A stretch of DNA of 64,000 bases from Patescibacteria group bacterium (GCA_013387215.1 WARW01000002.1:3659-67658); one strand, 5' to 3'; positions 16,721 through 25,296 are shown, numbered from the stretch's first letter. The notes: a model not told the origin generated them from the letters alone. A program made the numbers and translations.

Positions 16721-18967
16721 TTATCCTTGAGTTTTTTCTGGTTCTGGCGGTGCCGGCGGAGTGGAATTTTCTGAAGGTGATGGATAAAAATTTTGTTTTC
16801 TTTTGCCCCATCTTTCTTGAGAGATGTGAACCAATTTAGATCGTTGTTGATTTTTGCAAGCCAAAGGAGGCAGAGTGGCAGCATAGAATGGTTGAGTGGT
16901 TTCGGAATCAATAGAGAGTTTGCAGACGATTTGGTATTTACCAATTTTAATTAAATCTTCAGGAGGGAATTGGGGTCCGAATTCTTTAGCTAAAATAAAG
17001 GCATCTTGGTTGCCGACAACGAAAGACATAATGGAACCAACGTTGCCCAAAATAGCGTCTTGAATAGTGCGGTCAAGCTGGGACATGTATTGGTTGGCAA
17101 CAATCAAGTTAAGTTTGAATTTGCGGGCTTCAGAAAGAATTTTAATGAAGGCATCAGTGGCAAAGTTTTGGAATTCGTCAACGTATAAATAAAAATCAGA
17201 ACGGTCTTCGGCTGCCTGGAAAACCCGGTTCATAGCCGATAACTGGATTTGTGTAATCAACATAGCACCAAGCAAAGCAGAATTATCTTCACCAAGCCTT
17301 CCAGTGGAAAGATCAGCAATAAGAATTTTTTTCTGATCCATGATTTCCTGGATATTAATTTTAGATTTAGCATGAGCCACTGTGTTTCTGATATTGGTAG
17401 AGGAAATGAATTGACCAACTTTGTTTAAGATTGGGGAAACAGATTCGTTTTGAAATTTTGGATCCATTCTGGCAAACTCATTAAACCAGAAATTTCTTAA
17501 GGTTTGATTTTGAAGCTGGCTGACAACTTTTTCCCGATAATTTTTGTTGGTTAATATTTCCACGATATGGGTTAAGTCAGAGTTGGGAGTATTAACTAAA
17601 GTTAAAACTGTATTTCGTAAAATGTGTTCAAGCCGTGGACCCCAAGAAATATTGCCGTAAAGTTTTTTGAAAATAGAAATAACACCAGAAGCAATTAATT
17701 CTTTTTGAGATTCATTTTTAGCTTCCAAAACGTTTAAAGGATAAACATAATCAGGATCGGCAGGGTTGAAATAGCAGCAGTCATTAATACGATTGGAAGG
17801 AACATAATCAAGAATAGTATTGCATAAATCGCCGTGGGGATCGATAACAGCCACACCACGGCCTTTTCTAATATCATCAATCGCCATGTTGGCGATTAAA
17901 GTGGTTTTACCAGTACCGGATTTACCGATAATGTATGTGTGGCGGCGGCGATCTTCGCCTTCTTTAATACCAAAAATACAGTCTTTGTTGCGGTATTCAG
18001 TTTTAGCAAAAAAAGTAATTTTATTTTTTTCTTCAGGTGTTAAATTATCAGCAACTGGAAGATTTTCTGGCGGATCGGCATAAAGTTTTTTACCCCAAGC
18101 AATGTTTGGGAGTTTGGTCATTTGACCTGGAAAGTGCCAAACAGCAGAGAGTTCTTCAGTATTAAAGATTTGACCTTTGAGACTGGTATCGAAATTACGA
18201 TTAAGAATAGCTTTGAGAAGTTTTTTTCTTTTTAAAAATCCTGGAGTAAAAGATTTGATAAAATTGCCTCGAGGGTTGGTGTAGGCACCAAAAGAAGAGG
18301 AAACAGAAGCAATTAAACCTGGATTGTTGCTTAAAAGATTGGCTTGAGTGTAAAGACCGGGGAATTGAATTTTTTGTTCAAAAATGGCTTTGTCGGGATG
18401 AGCAGTACGAATATTTCTTTCCTTATCAACCAAAATTCCATTTTGAATAGTGCTGATAATTGAGCTTTGCCAATTTTTGGGAGCACCGCTTAGAAGAATT
18501 TGAAATAAGAAAAAGTCATTGGAATTGTTAGATCGAGAAAGGGGAGCTAGAACAGAAACCATTGGGTCGGTATCTTTAAAATCTTTGGCAGTTTTAATTG
18601 GGTAAGTATATGAACGAGCCAGACCAAGCTGAGTGAAAGAAATAGTGTTAAGTTTCTCGTCTGAGGCATGTTCAAGTAAATAATCTTTAGTGTCTTTGAG
18701 AACGGCAGTAGGGTATTGAGCGAGAATTTGGGAATGTAAAAATTCACGATTATCAGAAAGTGCAGCAATATAGAAATGTATTTGACCATTTAAAAGAACA
18801 ATTTCCAAGGAAACAATGGTCTTTTTTTTGCCAGCTAGTTTTTCCCAGAATGACAAATTGGAAATTTGGGTGAAATTAGACAGGAGGGCGGACATGGATT
18901 CAAAAGTATATTCATTAGTCTGAGGTAAACGGATTTCAAATATAGATAATTTTGCAGCGTCGGCCAT
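16721..18967 (-). CDS. soluble AAA-like ATPase of the TraG/TraD/VirD4 - HerA/FtsK superfamily (type IV coupling-protein-like, DUF87-like)
   Basis: 748 aa. Walker A IIGKSGTGKTT followed by VIDPHGD (characteristic of TrwB/VirD4/TraG-type and DUF87 ATPases). Walker B LYVDEFQNF. No N-terminal TM helices. About 330-aa N-terminal domain of unknown function. Confidence 0.55.
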   Translation of the reverse strand: MADAAKLSIFEIRLPQTNEYTFESMSALLSNFTQISNLSFWEKLAGKKKTIVSLEIVLLNGQIHFYIAALSDNREFLHSQILAQYPTAVLKDTKDYLLEHASDEKLNTISFTQLGLARSYTYPIKTAKDFKDTDPMVSVLAPLSRSNNSNDFFLFQILLSGAPKNWQSSIISTIQNGILVDKERNIRTAHPDKAIFEQKIQFPGLYTQANLLSNNPGLIASVSSSFGAYTNPRGNFIKSFTPGFLKRKKLLKAILNRNFDTSLKGQIFNTEELSAVWHFPGQMTKLPNIAWGKKLYADPPENLPVADNLTPEEKNKITFFAKTEYRNKDCIFGIKEGEDRRRHTYIIGKSGTGKTTLIANMAIDDIRKGRGVAVIDPHGDLCNTILDYVPSNRINDCCYFNPADPDYVYPLNVLEAKNESQKELIASGVISIFKKLYGNISWGPRLEHILRNTVLTLVNTPNSDLTHIVEILTNKNYREKVVSQLQNQTLRNFWFNEFARMDPKFQNESVSPILNKVGQFISSTNIRNTVAHAKSKINIQEIMDQKKILIADLSTGRLGEDNSALLGAMLITQIQLSAMNRVFQAAEDRSDFYLYVDEFQNFATDAFIKILSEARKFKLNLIVANQYMSQLDRTIQDAILGNVGSIMSFVVGNQDAFILAKEFGPQFPPEDLIKIGKYQIVCKLSIDSETTQPFYAATLPPLACKNQQRSKLVHISQERWGKRKQNFYPSPSENSTPPAPPEPEKTQG

Positions 18968-19162
18968 GAGAGTATTTTAACAATAAATTACACAGAATGA
19001 TTAAGTAAAGATGATGTTCCTAGATAATTGAATAATAAAATTTCGGTGCTATTATTGGGTTAAATAAAATCTAATTACTAAAGATAAAAGCTATTTTAAA
19101 GTGATTTAGATGAACCTTAAAAACTCGCAAAATAATTGAACCGAAGGGAGGTCGTGTTTTTT

Positions 19163-19258
19163 ATGTGTAGAAATTGCAGTGTTTATTCACGGGTAGTTGC
19201 AAGCAAATCTAGTTTGAGGCCGGGAAGACAACGCAGTCCAATAACCAATAAAAAGTAA
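19163..19258 (+). CDS. possible 31-aa basic micro-ORF (MCRNCSVYSRVVASKSSLRPGRQRSPITNKK)
   Basis: GGGAGG at 19145-19150, 12 nt upstream of the ATG. Not in the ORF track (<60 aa). Speculative. Confidence 0.15.
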   Translation: MCRNCSVYSRVVASKSSLRPGRQRSPITNKK

Positions 19259-19282
19259 TTTAGGTGAAGGAGTGTATTTTGA

Positions 19283-19480
19283 ATGTGTCAAAAGAAATAT
19301 TTTGAGAAGAGACTTTTGATGTTATGTCAAAAAGAAGCAGACGGCATATTGTCTGGAGGAGATGAGGTTGAGCTAGAGAATCTGAAAACTAAGTATCCGG
19401 AAAGGATAGGACACATCTTAGGAAAAGGCAGTCCATTGATTCAGTTTAAAAATGAACTTGTTTTAGTCTCAGAAGAATAA
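19283..19480 (+). CDS. hypothetical small protein (65 aa)
   Basis: Good RBS (GAAGGAG, 10 nt before the ATG). MCQKKYFEKRLLMLCQKEADG... No motif. Confidence 0.3.
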   Translation: MCQKKYFEKRLLMLCQKEADGILSGGDEVELENLKTKYPERIGHILGKGSPLIQFKNELVLVSEE

Positions 19481-19588
19481 AGTTCTTTATATATAAATTG
19501 ATTGGTGAAAGGGTGGCTTTGAGTCACTCTTTCTTTTTTTTGGCGATTATTTTGTGAGTTTTGTTTATTTTCTCAAAGATAGGTACGG

Positions 19589-19695
19589 CTTATAATATTG
19601 ACTTTTGGATATATAAATGCTATAATTTCTTACTTAATTATCAAGCATTAGCTTTAGCGCTTTTTGATTGAAGTTAAGGAACTTTAAAAACCAGG
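19589..19695 (+). repeat. 107-bp perfect direct repeat, copy 1, containing a consensus sigma70-type promoter
   Basis: Identical to 20208..20314. TTGACT at 19598-19603, 17-nt spacer, TATAAT at 19621-19626. The remaining ~63 nt is the first part of the 5' leader. Confidence 0.85.
19598..19626 (+). promoter_or_regulatory. sigma70-like promoter (TTGACT-N17-TATAAT), copy 1
   Basis: Near-perfect -35/-10 hexamers with optimal 17-nt spacing. Confidence 0.55.
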
Positions 19696-19778
19696 GAATA
19701 TAATTTGTGTCGAAAATTGGGAATAATTTGTTTATCCCTAGCTTTCGGTACAAACCGAAAATAATATAAAAAGGATGA

Positions 19779-20126
19779 GTGATTATTGTGAAAGAGTTTA
19801 TTAAAAGTATTCCGAGTTATGTTTGGACAGCGTTGGTATCAATCTATTTAGTAGAATTCTACATTTACAGCCCAATGAAATTCTTCAATCTGCTTTTAGC
19901 AGCTGTTGCTTTCAGTGCTGTGGTGGTGGCAATTCTCAATTTAAGAAAGAAAATTATCCCTTTAGTACAATTAGTTTTGGTGGTCATTTTTATCGCTTTA
20001 ATAACGATAAATAATTTTCATCAAACAATTTCTTGTCTTGCCGGGGAAGTTCTTTTAATTTCTTTTTCTATAACTTTTATTGGTATCTATCTCAAATCTA
20101 TTAGTTTTATTAAATCCAATAATTGA
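19779..20126 (+). CDS. small hydrophobic membrane protein (115 aa, ~3 TM)
   Basis: GTG start per the ORF track (alternative GTG at 19788). Predicted TM helices (YVWTALVSIYLVEFYIY, LLLAAVAFSAVVVAIL, LVQLVLVVIFIALITI...). Downstream of repeat copy 1. Confidence 0.4.
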   Translation: MIIVKEFIKSIPSYVWTALVSIYLVEFYIYSPMKFFNLLLAAVAFSAVVVAILNLRKKIIPLVQLVLVVIFIALITINNFHQTISCLAGEVLLISFSITFIGIYLKSISFIKSNN

Positions 20127-20207
20127 GAGTTTCATTAGAAGCTCTCTTTTCCTCTTTTTATTTTATCTTCCCTGGCTCTTTCTTTTTAAATTATATTATT
20201 TATATAT

Positions 20208-20314
20208 CTTATAATATTGACTTTTGGATATATAAATGCTATAATTTCTTACTTAATTATCAAGCATTAGCTTTAGCGCTTTTTGATTGAAGTTAAGGAA
20301 CTTTAAAAACCAGG
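20208..20314 (+). repeat. 107-bp perfect direct repeat, copy 2 (promoter + leader)
   Basis: Identical to 19589..19695. -35 at 20217-20222, -10 at 20240-20245. Confidence 0.85.
20217..20245 (+). promoter_or_regulatory. sigma70-like promoter (TTGACT-N17-TATAAT), copy 2
   Basis: Same as copy 1. Confidence 0.55.
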
Positions 20315-20421
20315 AGAGAGAACATTGATTATGTCGATGAGGGGTTTTTTGGACCTTTGATCGACATAATTAATGTCAAAAGATAAAAAAATAAAATATA
20401 CGAAAGGTAAAGGTGTTTTGT

Positions 20422-20823
20422 ATGGAAAATTTGAGAACAGCGGTTTTATTTGTAGTGGGAGTGATAATTGTGTTTGGTAGTTGGATACTTAAGAGTTGGA
20501 ATAACAGCGACATTTGGTCGGATACTGCAAAGTATTTACTAATTGAAGTTGTGTTCCTGGCTGTTATTGTATTCGTAGCACTTCTACAAAATATTAAATT
20601 TAATGGTAATTTTCGGAATATGCCTTTAGTAGTGATGCTTTTTGTGGCTTGCCTTTTTAGATTTCACAATGTTTCTATTTTAATAATTATTAATTTGGCA
20701 ATTTATATTGTCGGACTGATGTTGTTAGCTAGAAAATTGAGATTATCGATAAAGAAGATAAGCCTAACATCAACTGCTCAAAGAGTAGTTATACAAAATT
20801 ATCGTAAGAGGGGAAGAGTTTAA
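20422..20823 (+). CDS. small hydrophobic membrane protein (133 aa, ~4 TM)
   Basis: ATG at 20422 preceded by AAAGGTAAAGGTG. TM helices (AVLFVVGVIIVFGSWIL, LLIEVVFLAVIVFVALL, LVVMLFVACLF, ILIIINLAIYIVGLMLLA). Basic C-terminal tail. Downstream of repeat copy 2. Confidence 0.45.
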   Translation: MENLRTAVLFVVGVIIVFGSWILKSWNNSDIWSDTAKYLLIEVVFLAVIVFVALLQNIKFNGNFRNMPLVVMLFVACLFRFHNVSILIIINLAIYIVGLMLLARKLRLSIKKISLTSTAQRVVIQNYRKRGRV

Positions 20824-21034
20824 CTCTTTCTCTCCTTTTTTCTCTTTTCTTTTTTTATTTTATTTCATCTTTTTTCTTCTTTCCTGGTTTTTCTTTTTTT
20901 TAATCCACTTTTTTCTTCTTTGATTTAGTTTTTCATGATATAATCCTTAGATTATTTATTCTTAAAATTTTTGGTATCTATAATCCTGGGTAAATCATAC
21001 CCTTTACCAAAAGTATTAATAAGGAAATTTTAAA

Positions 21035-21952
21035 ATGGCAGAAAAAAAGAAAGTCATAACAAAAACCGTCAACCGTAGCGGCAAATCTATGGTTAAAAAA
21101 GCATTAGTGGTAAAAGCTAAACAACAAAGCAATATCACTGCGGAAAATATTAAAAAGCTTAACGAAAAGATCAAAGCAGACAAAGACGTGGCTGCAAAAG
21201 CTTTGGAAAAAGCAAATGAGACTGTTGAAGTGAAAAAGGGTGAAGAAGTTAAACCAGATAAAAAATATAATTTAACTGTTGGTTTAAAAGATTTATTAGC
21301 AGCCGGTTGCCATTTAGGCCACAAAGTTTCTAAGACTCATCCAAAAGCCAAGGAAAATATTTATACCCAAAAAGATGGAATTGAAGTCATGGATTTAATT
21401 AAAACCATGGATGCTTTGGATAAAGCCTGCAACTTCATTTACAACAATAAAAGAAACGGCAAACAAATCGTTTTAGTTGGAACCAAAAGACAAGCCCGAG
21501 AAGTTGTCCGAAGAGTAGCAATGGATGCTGGCGTTCCATATATCACTGATAGATGGTTAGGCGGCACTATTACCAACTGGGAACAAATTAAAAAGAACAT
21601 CAAGAAACTTGTCGAACTTAAAGAAGGTATCGAAAAAGGTAAATTCATCGAATCAACCAAAAAAGAGTTATCACAAATGAATAAAGAAATCGTCAGATTG
21701 GAAAAAATCGTTGGCGGTTTGACTAGCCTTGAAAAAATGTTTGATATTTTGTTTGTTGTGGATGCTGGTTTTGAAAAAACTGCTATCAAAGAAGCAAAAA
21801 TCCGACATGTAAAAACTATTGCTATCAGCGATACTGACAGCAATCCTTTCAGAGTTAACTTTGCAATTCCTGCAAATGATGACAGTGTTAAAAGCATTAG
21901 CTTGATTGTTGAAGAAATCGGTAAAGCTATAAAAGCTGCTGGCGTGAAATAA
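21035..21952 (+). CDS. rpsB: 30S ribosomal protein S2 with an ~78-aa Lys/Ala-rich N-terminal extension
   Basis: Core from ~residue 80 (LLAAGCHLGHKVSKTHPK, VLVGTKRQAREVV, RWLGGTITNW, FVVDAGFEKTAIKEAK) aligns to S2. The N-terminal 78 aa (MAEKKKVITKTVNRSGKS...KKYN) has no S2 counterpart. Confidence 0.85.
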   Translation: MAEKKKVITKTVNRSGKSMVKKALVVKAKQQSNITAENIKKLNEKIKADKDVAAKALEKANETVEVKKGEEVKPDKKYNLTVGLKDLLAAGCHLGHKVSKTHPKAKENIYTQKDGIEVMDLIKTMDALDKACNFIYNNKRNGKQIVLVGTKRQAREVVRRVAMDAGVPYITDRWLGGTITNWEQIKKNIKKLVELKEGIEKGKFIESTKKELSQMNKEIVRLEKIVGGLTSLEKMFDILFVVDAGFEKTAIKEAKIRHVKTIAISDTDSNPFRVNFAIPANDDSVKSISLIVEEIGKAIKAAGVK

Positions 21953-21974
21953 ATTATTTTTTTTAAAGGAAAAT

Positions 21975-22433
21975 ATGGATCAAAAACAAATAATTGACTT
22001 AGTCAAAAAAATTCGAGCTGAGATGGGTCTTGGCATTATGGAAATTAAATCCGCTTTGGAAGAAGCAGATGGCGATGAAAAAAGAGCCAAAGAAATTTTA
22101 AAAGAAAAAGGTTTTAAAAAAGCTGAATCAAAAGCAGAAAGAGAAACTCATCAAGGCAGAGTGGCTACTTACACTCATTCTACCGGTAAAATCGGTGTAA
22201 TGTTTGAACTTTTGTGTGAAACTGATTTCGTGGCTAAGCATGAAGATTTTATTGCTGTCACTAAGGATATTTGTCTTCAAATTGCAGCTATGAATCCAGA
22301 AACTGTTGAAGATTTAATGAAACAAGAATTTGTTAAAGATCCAAGCAAAACCATTGAGGAAATGATTAAAGCTTTGAGCCACAAGTTTGGTGAAAATGTC
22401 AAAATCGGCAAAATGGCTAGATTTGAAATCTAA
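21975..22433 (+). CDS. tsf: elongation factor Ts (short form)
   Basis: UBA-like N-terminus (LVKKIRAEMGLGIMEIKSALEEADGD), the TDFVAK motif, and the conserved position after rpsB. Confidence 0.85.
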   Translation: MDQKQIIDLVKKIRAEMGLGIMEIKSALEEADGDEKRAKEILKEKGFKKAESKAERETHQGRVATYTHSTGKIGVMFELLCETDFVAKHEDFIAVTKDICLQIAAMNPETVEDLMKQEFVKDPSKTIEEMIKALSHKFGENVKIGKMARFEI

Positions 22434-22439
22434 AAAGAA

Positions 22440-23528
22440 TTGAATCTTTTAAAAGCCCTTCGGATAAAACCGAGGGGCTTTTTAGTTGCGGTATACTTTA
22501 TTCTAATGGATTTTTCAGCGTTTCAAAAAATTTTAATTAGAAATATTTTGAAAAAATATTTAGAAAACAAAGCCCGAATTAAGGGTGAAGTTTTTCGATG
22601 TAATGCATTGGAAGGAGAGTCGGCTTATGATATTTCTATAAATTCGGACATGACAGTGTCGTGTAATGCCCAAGATTATAATGGCAGCGGCCATATTGGC
22701 GATTTGAATAAAAGCAGTTTGAAGGAAATATTTGAAGGCAAAATAGTAAATGATTTTAGAAAGAAACTAGATGAAGGAAAACTGCCATTGATTATTTGTG
22801 CCAGATGCCCGGAACTTGTATCAGCTAAAAAAAATAAGATAAAAAATAAAAAAAATACGGTGCCAAGTGAAGGCATAATGATAGAAAATACGGTTGCCTG
22901 CGATATGATGTGCAAGTCTTGCGAAAGAGAAACGCTTTTGGGCTGCAGAAAAAAAATCAGCTTGAGTTTGAATGACTTGGAAAAGATTGCTAAAGAGGTT
23001 TTAGAAAATAAAATTAAATCGGTTTGTTTTTTTAATTTAGGGGAACCTTTTTTATCAAAAAATATTTATCAAGAGCTAGAGATTCTAAAAAAACATAATA
23101 AAAAGCTTCATATTATTGTGTCGACTAATGGATTGCATTTAGATACTGATGAAAAAAGAAAGGCAATAAAATATATAAATCATATCGCTTTTTCAATTGA
23201 TGGAGTGAATAATAAAATTCTAAGAAAATACCAAACCAACGGCAATTTTGAAACATCGTATGGAAACATGAAAGCTTTGGTTGATTACCGAAATAAAAAT
23301 AATTTAGGCGGGGTAATTGAATGGAAATATGTTTTATTTAATTGGAATGATAAAAAAGTCTATATCGATCAGGCAATAAAACTAGCTAAGGAAGCAGGGG
23401 TAAATAAGATTACTTTTTGGCCAACAGGGAATCCTTTGTGGGGAATTTCCTGGCGCTATTATGTTAAGAGTTATTTTAAAAAGTTTGGGTTAAAAAACAG
23501 CAAGGGTGTAATTGAAGTGAATTTATAG
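22440..23528 (+). CDS. radical SAM domain protein with an N-terminal Cys-rich region (unknown substrate)
   Basis: CDMMCKSC = CxxxCxxC radical-SAM cluster motif. GEPFL (GGEP-like SAM-binding motif). IIVSTNG. Extra N-terminal cysteines (C..C...CxxC). Occupies the position normally held by pyrH between tsf and frr. The start may be an internal Met. Confidence 0.55.
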   Translation: MNLLKALRIKPRGFLVAVYFILMDFSAFQKILIRNILKKYLENKARIKGEVFRCNALEGESAYDISINSDMTVSCNAQDYNGSGHIGDLNKSSLKEIFEGKIVNDFRKKLDEGKLPLIICARCPELVSAKKNKIKNKKNTVPSEGIMIENTVACDMMCKSCERETLLGCRKKISLSLNDLEKIAKEVLENKIKSVCFFNLGEPFLSKNIYQELEILKKHNKKLHIIVSTNGLHLDTDEKRKAIKYINHIAFSIDGVNNKILRKYQTNGNFETSYGNMKALVDYRNKNNLGGVIEWKYVLFNWNDKKVYIDQAIKLAKEAGVNKITFWPTGNPLWGISWRYYVKSYFKKFGLKNSKGVIEVNL

Positions 23529-23581
23529 AAAACGTTTGCTAGCATCTGATATAAGCCTAATCTTTGGTATACTAGGGTCAT

Positions 23582-24133
23582 ATGTTGAATTTTCAAGAAA
23601 TAAAAAACAGAATGGAAAAAATCGTTAACATTTTTGTGAACGATATCGCTTCCTTAAGAACCGGCAGAGCAACTCCTGGTTTAATCGAAAATGTAATAGT
23701 GACAGTTTATGGCGGTCAAAAAATGAAATTGATTGAATTAGGTTCGATTACAGTACCAGATGTGAGAACTTTGAATTTCCAACCATGGGACTCTGAAGCA
23801 ATTCGAGAAATATCAAATGGAATTGCAGCCGCAAATGTGGGTATGACACCAGTGGTAGACGGACAAATAATCAGAATGAGTTTGCCAATGTTAACTGCTG
23901 AACAAAGAGAAGATTACATCAAACTTTTAGGCAGAAAATTGGAAGGGGCTAGAGTTATGGTGAGAGATGCCAGAGCAGATTATAGAAATGATATTCAAAA
24001 AGCCAAACAATCAAAAGAAATTTCTGAAGATGAATTTAAGCGGGATGAAGCTGAACTTCAAAAGGTTACCGATCAATATGTCAAAAAATTAGAGGAAGTT
24101 TCCGAGAAAAAAGAAGTAGAGATCAGAGGATAA
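23582..24133 (+). CDS. frr: ribosome recycling factor
   Basis: 183 aa. VNDIASLRTGRATPGLIENVIV matches the RRF N-terminus. Conserved operon position. Confidence 0.9.
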   Translation: MLNFQEIKNRMEKIVNIFVNDIASLRTGRATPGLIENVIVTVYGGQKMKLIELGSITVPDVRTLNFQPWDSEAIREISNGIAAANVGMTPVVDGQIIRMSLPMLTAEQREDYIKLLGRKLEGARVMVRDARADYRNDIQKAKQSKEISEDEFKRDEAELQKVTDQYVKKLEEVSEKKEVEIRG

Positions 24134-24189
24134 ACAAGACAATCGTCTGAAGTGACAATTCGGCTTAATATCAGTTAAAATAAAAGATC

Positions 24190-25245
24190 ATGGCTATTAT
24201 CATCTTTGTTCTTGCGCTGTCAGTTTTAGTTTTGGTCCACGAGTTTGGACATTTTTACGCTGCCAAAAAAACCGGCGTAAAAGTTGAAGAATTTGGTTTA
24301 GGTTTACCGCCAAGAATAATTGGTAAAAAAATTGGAGAAACAGTTTACAGTTTGAATTGGCTGCCAATTGGAGGATTCTGCAAATTATATGGTGAAGACG
24401 GGGATGGAAAAGGAACTGAAGCTTTCAATCATAAAAAACCTTGGCAAAAGCTTTTGATAGTTTTGGGAGGAGTTTTGATGAATTTAGTTTTAGCAGTAGT
24501 GATTTTTAGCGTTGTTTATGGAATTACCGGAGTACCTAAGGAAACCGACAAAGTAAAAGTTATTGGTGTGGCTCCAAATTCACCAGCGGAAAAGGTTGGT
24601 TTAAAAGAAGATGATTGGATTTCAAAAGTGGACAATATTGTGGTCAAAAAGCCAGAAGAATTAACCAATCAAGTGGCAATAGATAAAGGGAAACAAGCAA
24701 ATTTATTGGTAGTTGATAAAAACGGAAATGAAAAAAATGTGACAGTGGATGTCCGGGAAAATCCACCAAGCGGTGAAGGAAGTATGGGTGTGGCTATTTC
24801 CAATACTGATATGGTTAAACTGCCTTGGTATAGATTTTATGAAGGAATTGGGGCTGGGTTTAAAGAAGCCTATTTTTGGGGAAAAATAATTGGCGGCGGT
24901 GTGATCTCGATGATCGGAGGGTTGTTTATGGGTCACGTTCAAAAAGATGTTTCCGGTCCAATTGGAATGTTCCAAGCCACTTCAGCGATTGAAAAAAGCC
25001 AAGGTCTTTTGGCTGTGATTCATTTCTTTGGGGTTGTGTCTGTCAATTTGGCAATCGTAAACATTTTGCCTTTTCCAGCACTGGATGGAGGCAGAATTTG
25101 GTTTGTAGTTTATGAAATGTTAACCAGAAAAAGAGCCAACCAAAAAGTAGAAATAATTGCAAATAATATTGGAATGCTTTTGCTTTTAGGACTAATTTTA
25201 GTAATCACAGTTGGGGATATAATGAGATTGGCGACAGGCAAATAA
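24190..25245 (+). CDS. rseP: RIP zinc metalloprotease RseP (M50 with PDZ domain)
   Basis: HEFGHFYAAKK HExxH at the N-terminus, a PDZ domain (GVAPNSPAEKVGLKEDDWISKVDN), and a C-terminal LDGG motif (ALDGGRIWF). Confidence 0.8.
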   Translation: MAIIIFVLALSVLVLVHEFGHFYAAKKTGVKVEEFGLGLPPRIIGKKIGETVYSLNWLPIGGFCKLYGEDGDGKGTEAFNHKKPWQKLLIVLGGVLMNLVLAVVIFSVVYGITGVPKETDKVKVIGVAPNSPAEKVGLKEDDWISKVDNIVVKKPEELTNQVAIDKGKQANLLVVDKNGNEKNVTVDVRENPPSGEGSMGVAISNTDMVKLPWYRFYEGIGAGFKEAYFWGKIIGGGVISMIGGLFMGHVQKDVSGPIGMFQATSAIEKSQGLLAVIHFFGVVSVNLAIVNILPFPALDGGRIWFVVYEMLTRKRANQKVEIIANNIGMLLLLGLILVITVGDIMRLATGK

Positions 25246-25260
25246 TTTTAAAAATTTAAA

Positions 25261-25296
25261 TCTCTCTTTATATATAAAATAAAGAGGGATTTTTTT
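25261..25296 (+). terminator. rho-independent terminator after rseP
   Basis: 10-bp stem tctctcttta/taaagaggga (one G-U pair), loop tatataaaa, then T7. Confidence 0.6.

Noticed and set aside
16651-16944. 97-aa ORF on the minus strand overlapping the 3' end of the ATPase gene
   Set aside because: Out-of-frame overlap of 224 nt with a well-supported 748-aa gene. No RBS and no motif. Shadow ORF.
19502-19520. 15-nt exact match AAAGGGTGGCTTTGA shared with 60745-60759
   Set aside because: A single 15-mer coincidence is expected roughly once or twice by chance in a 64-kb window, and the flanks do not extend the similarity.
19589-20314. Possible CRISPR array (direct repeats)
   Set aside because: There are only two copies of a 107-bp repeat spaced 619 bp apart, and each contains a promoter and precedes a gene. 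There are no short regularly spaced repeats anywhere in the window and no cas genes.
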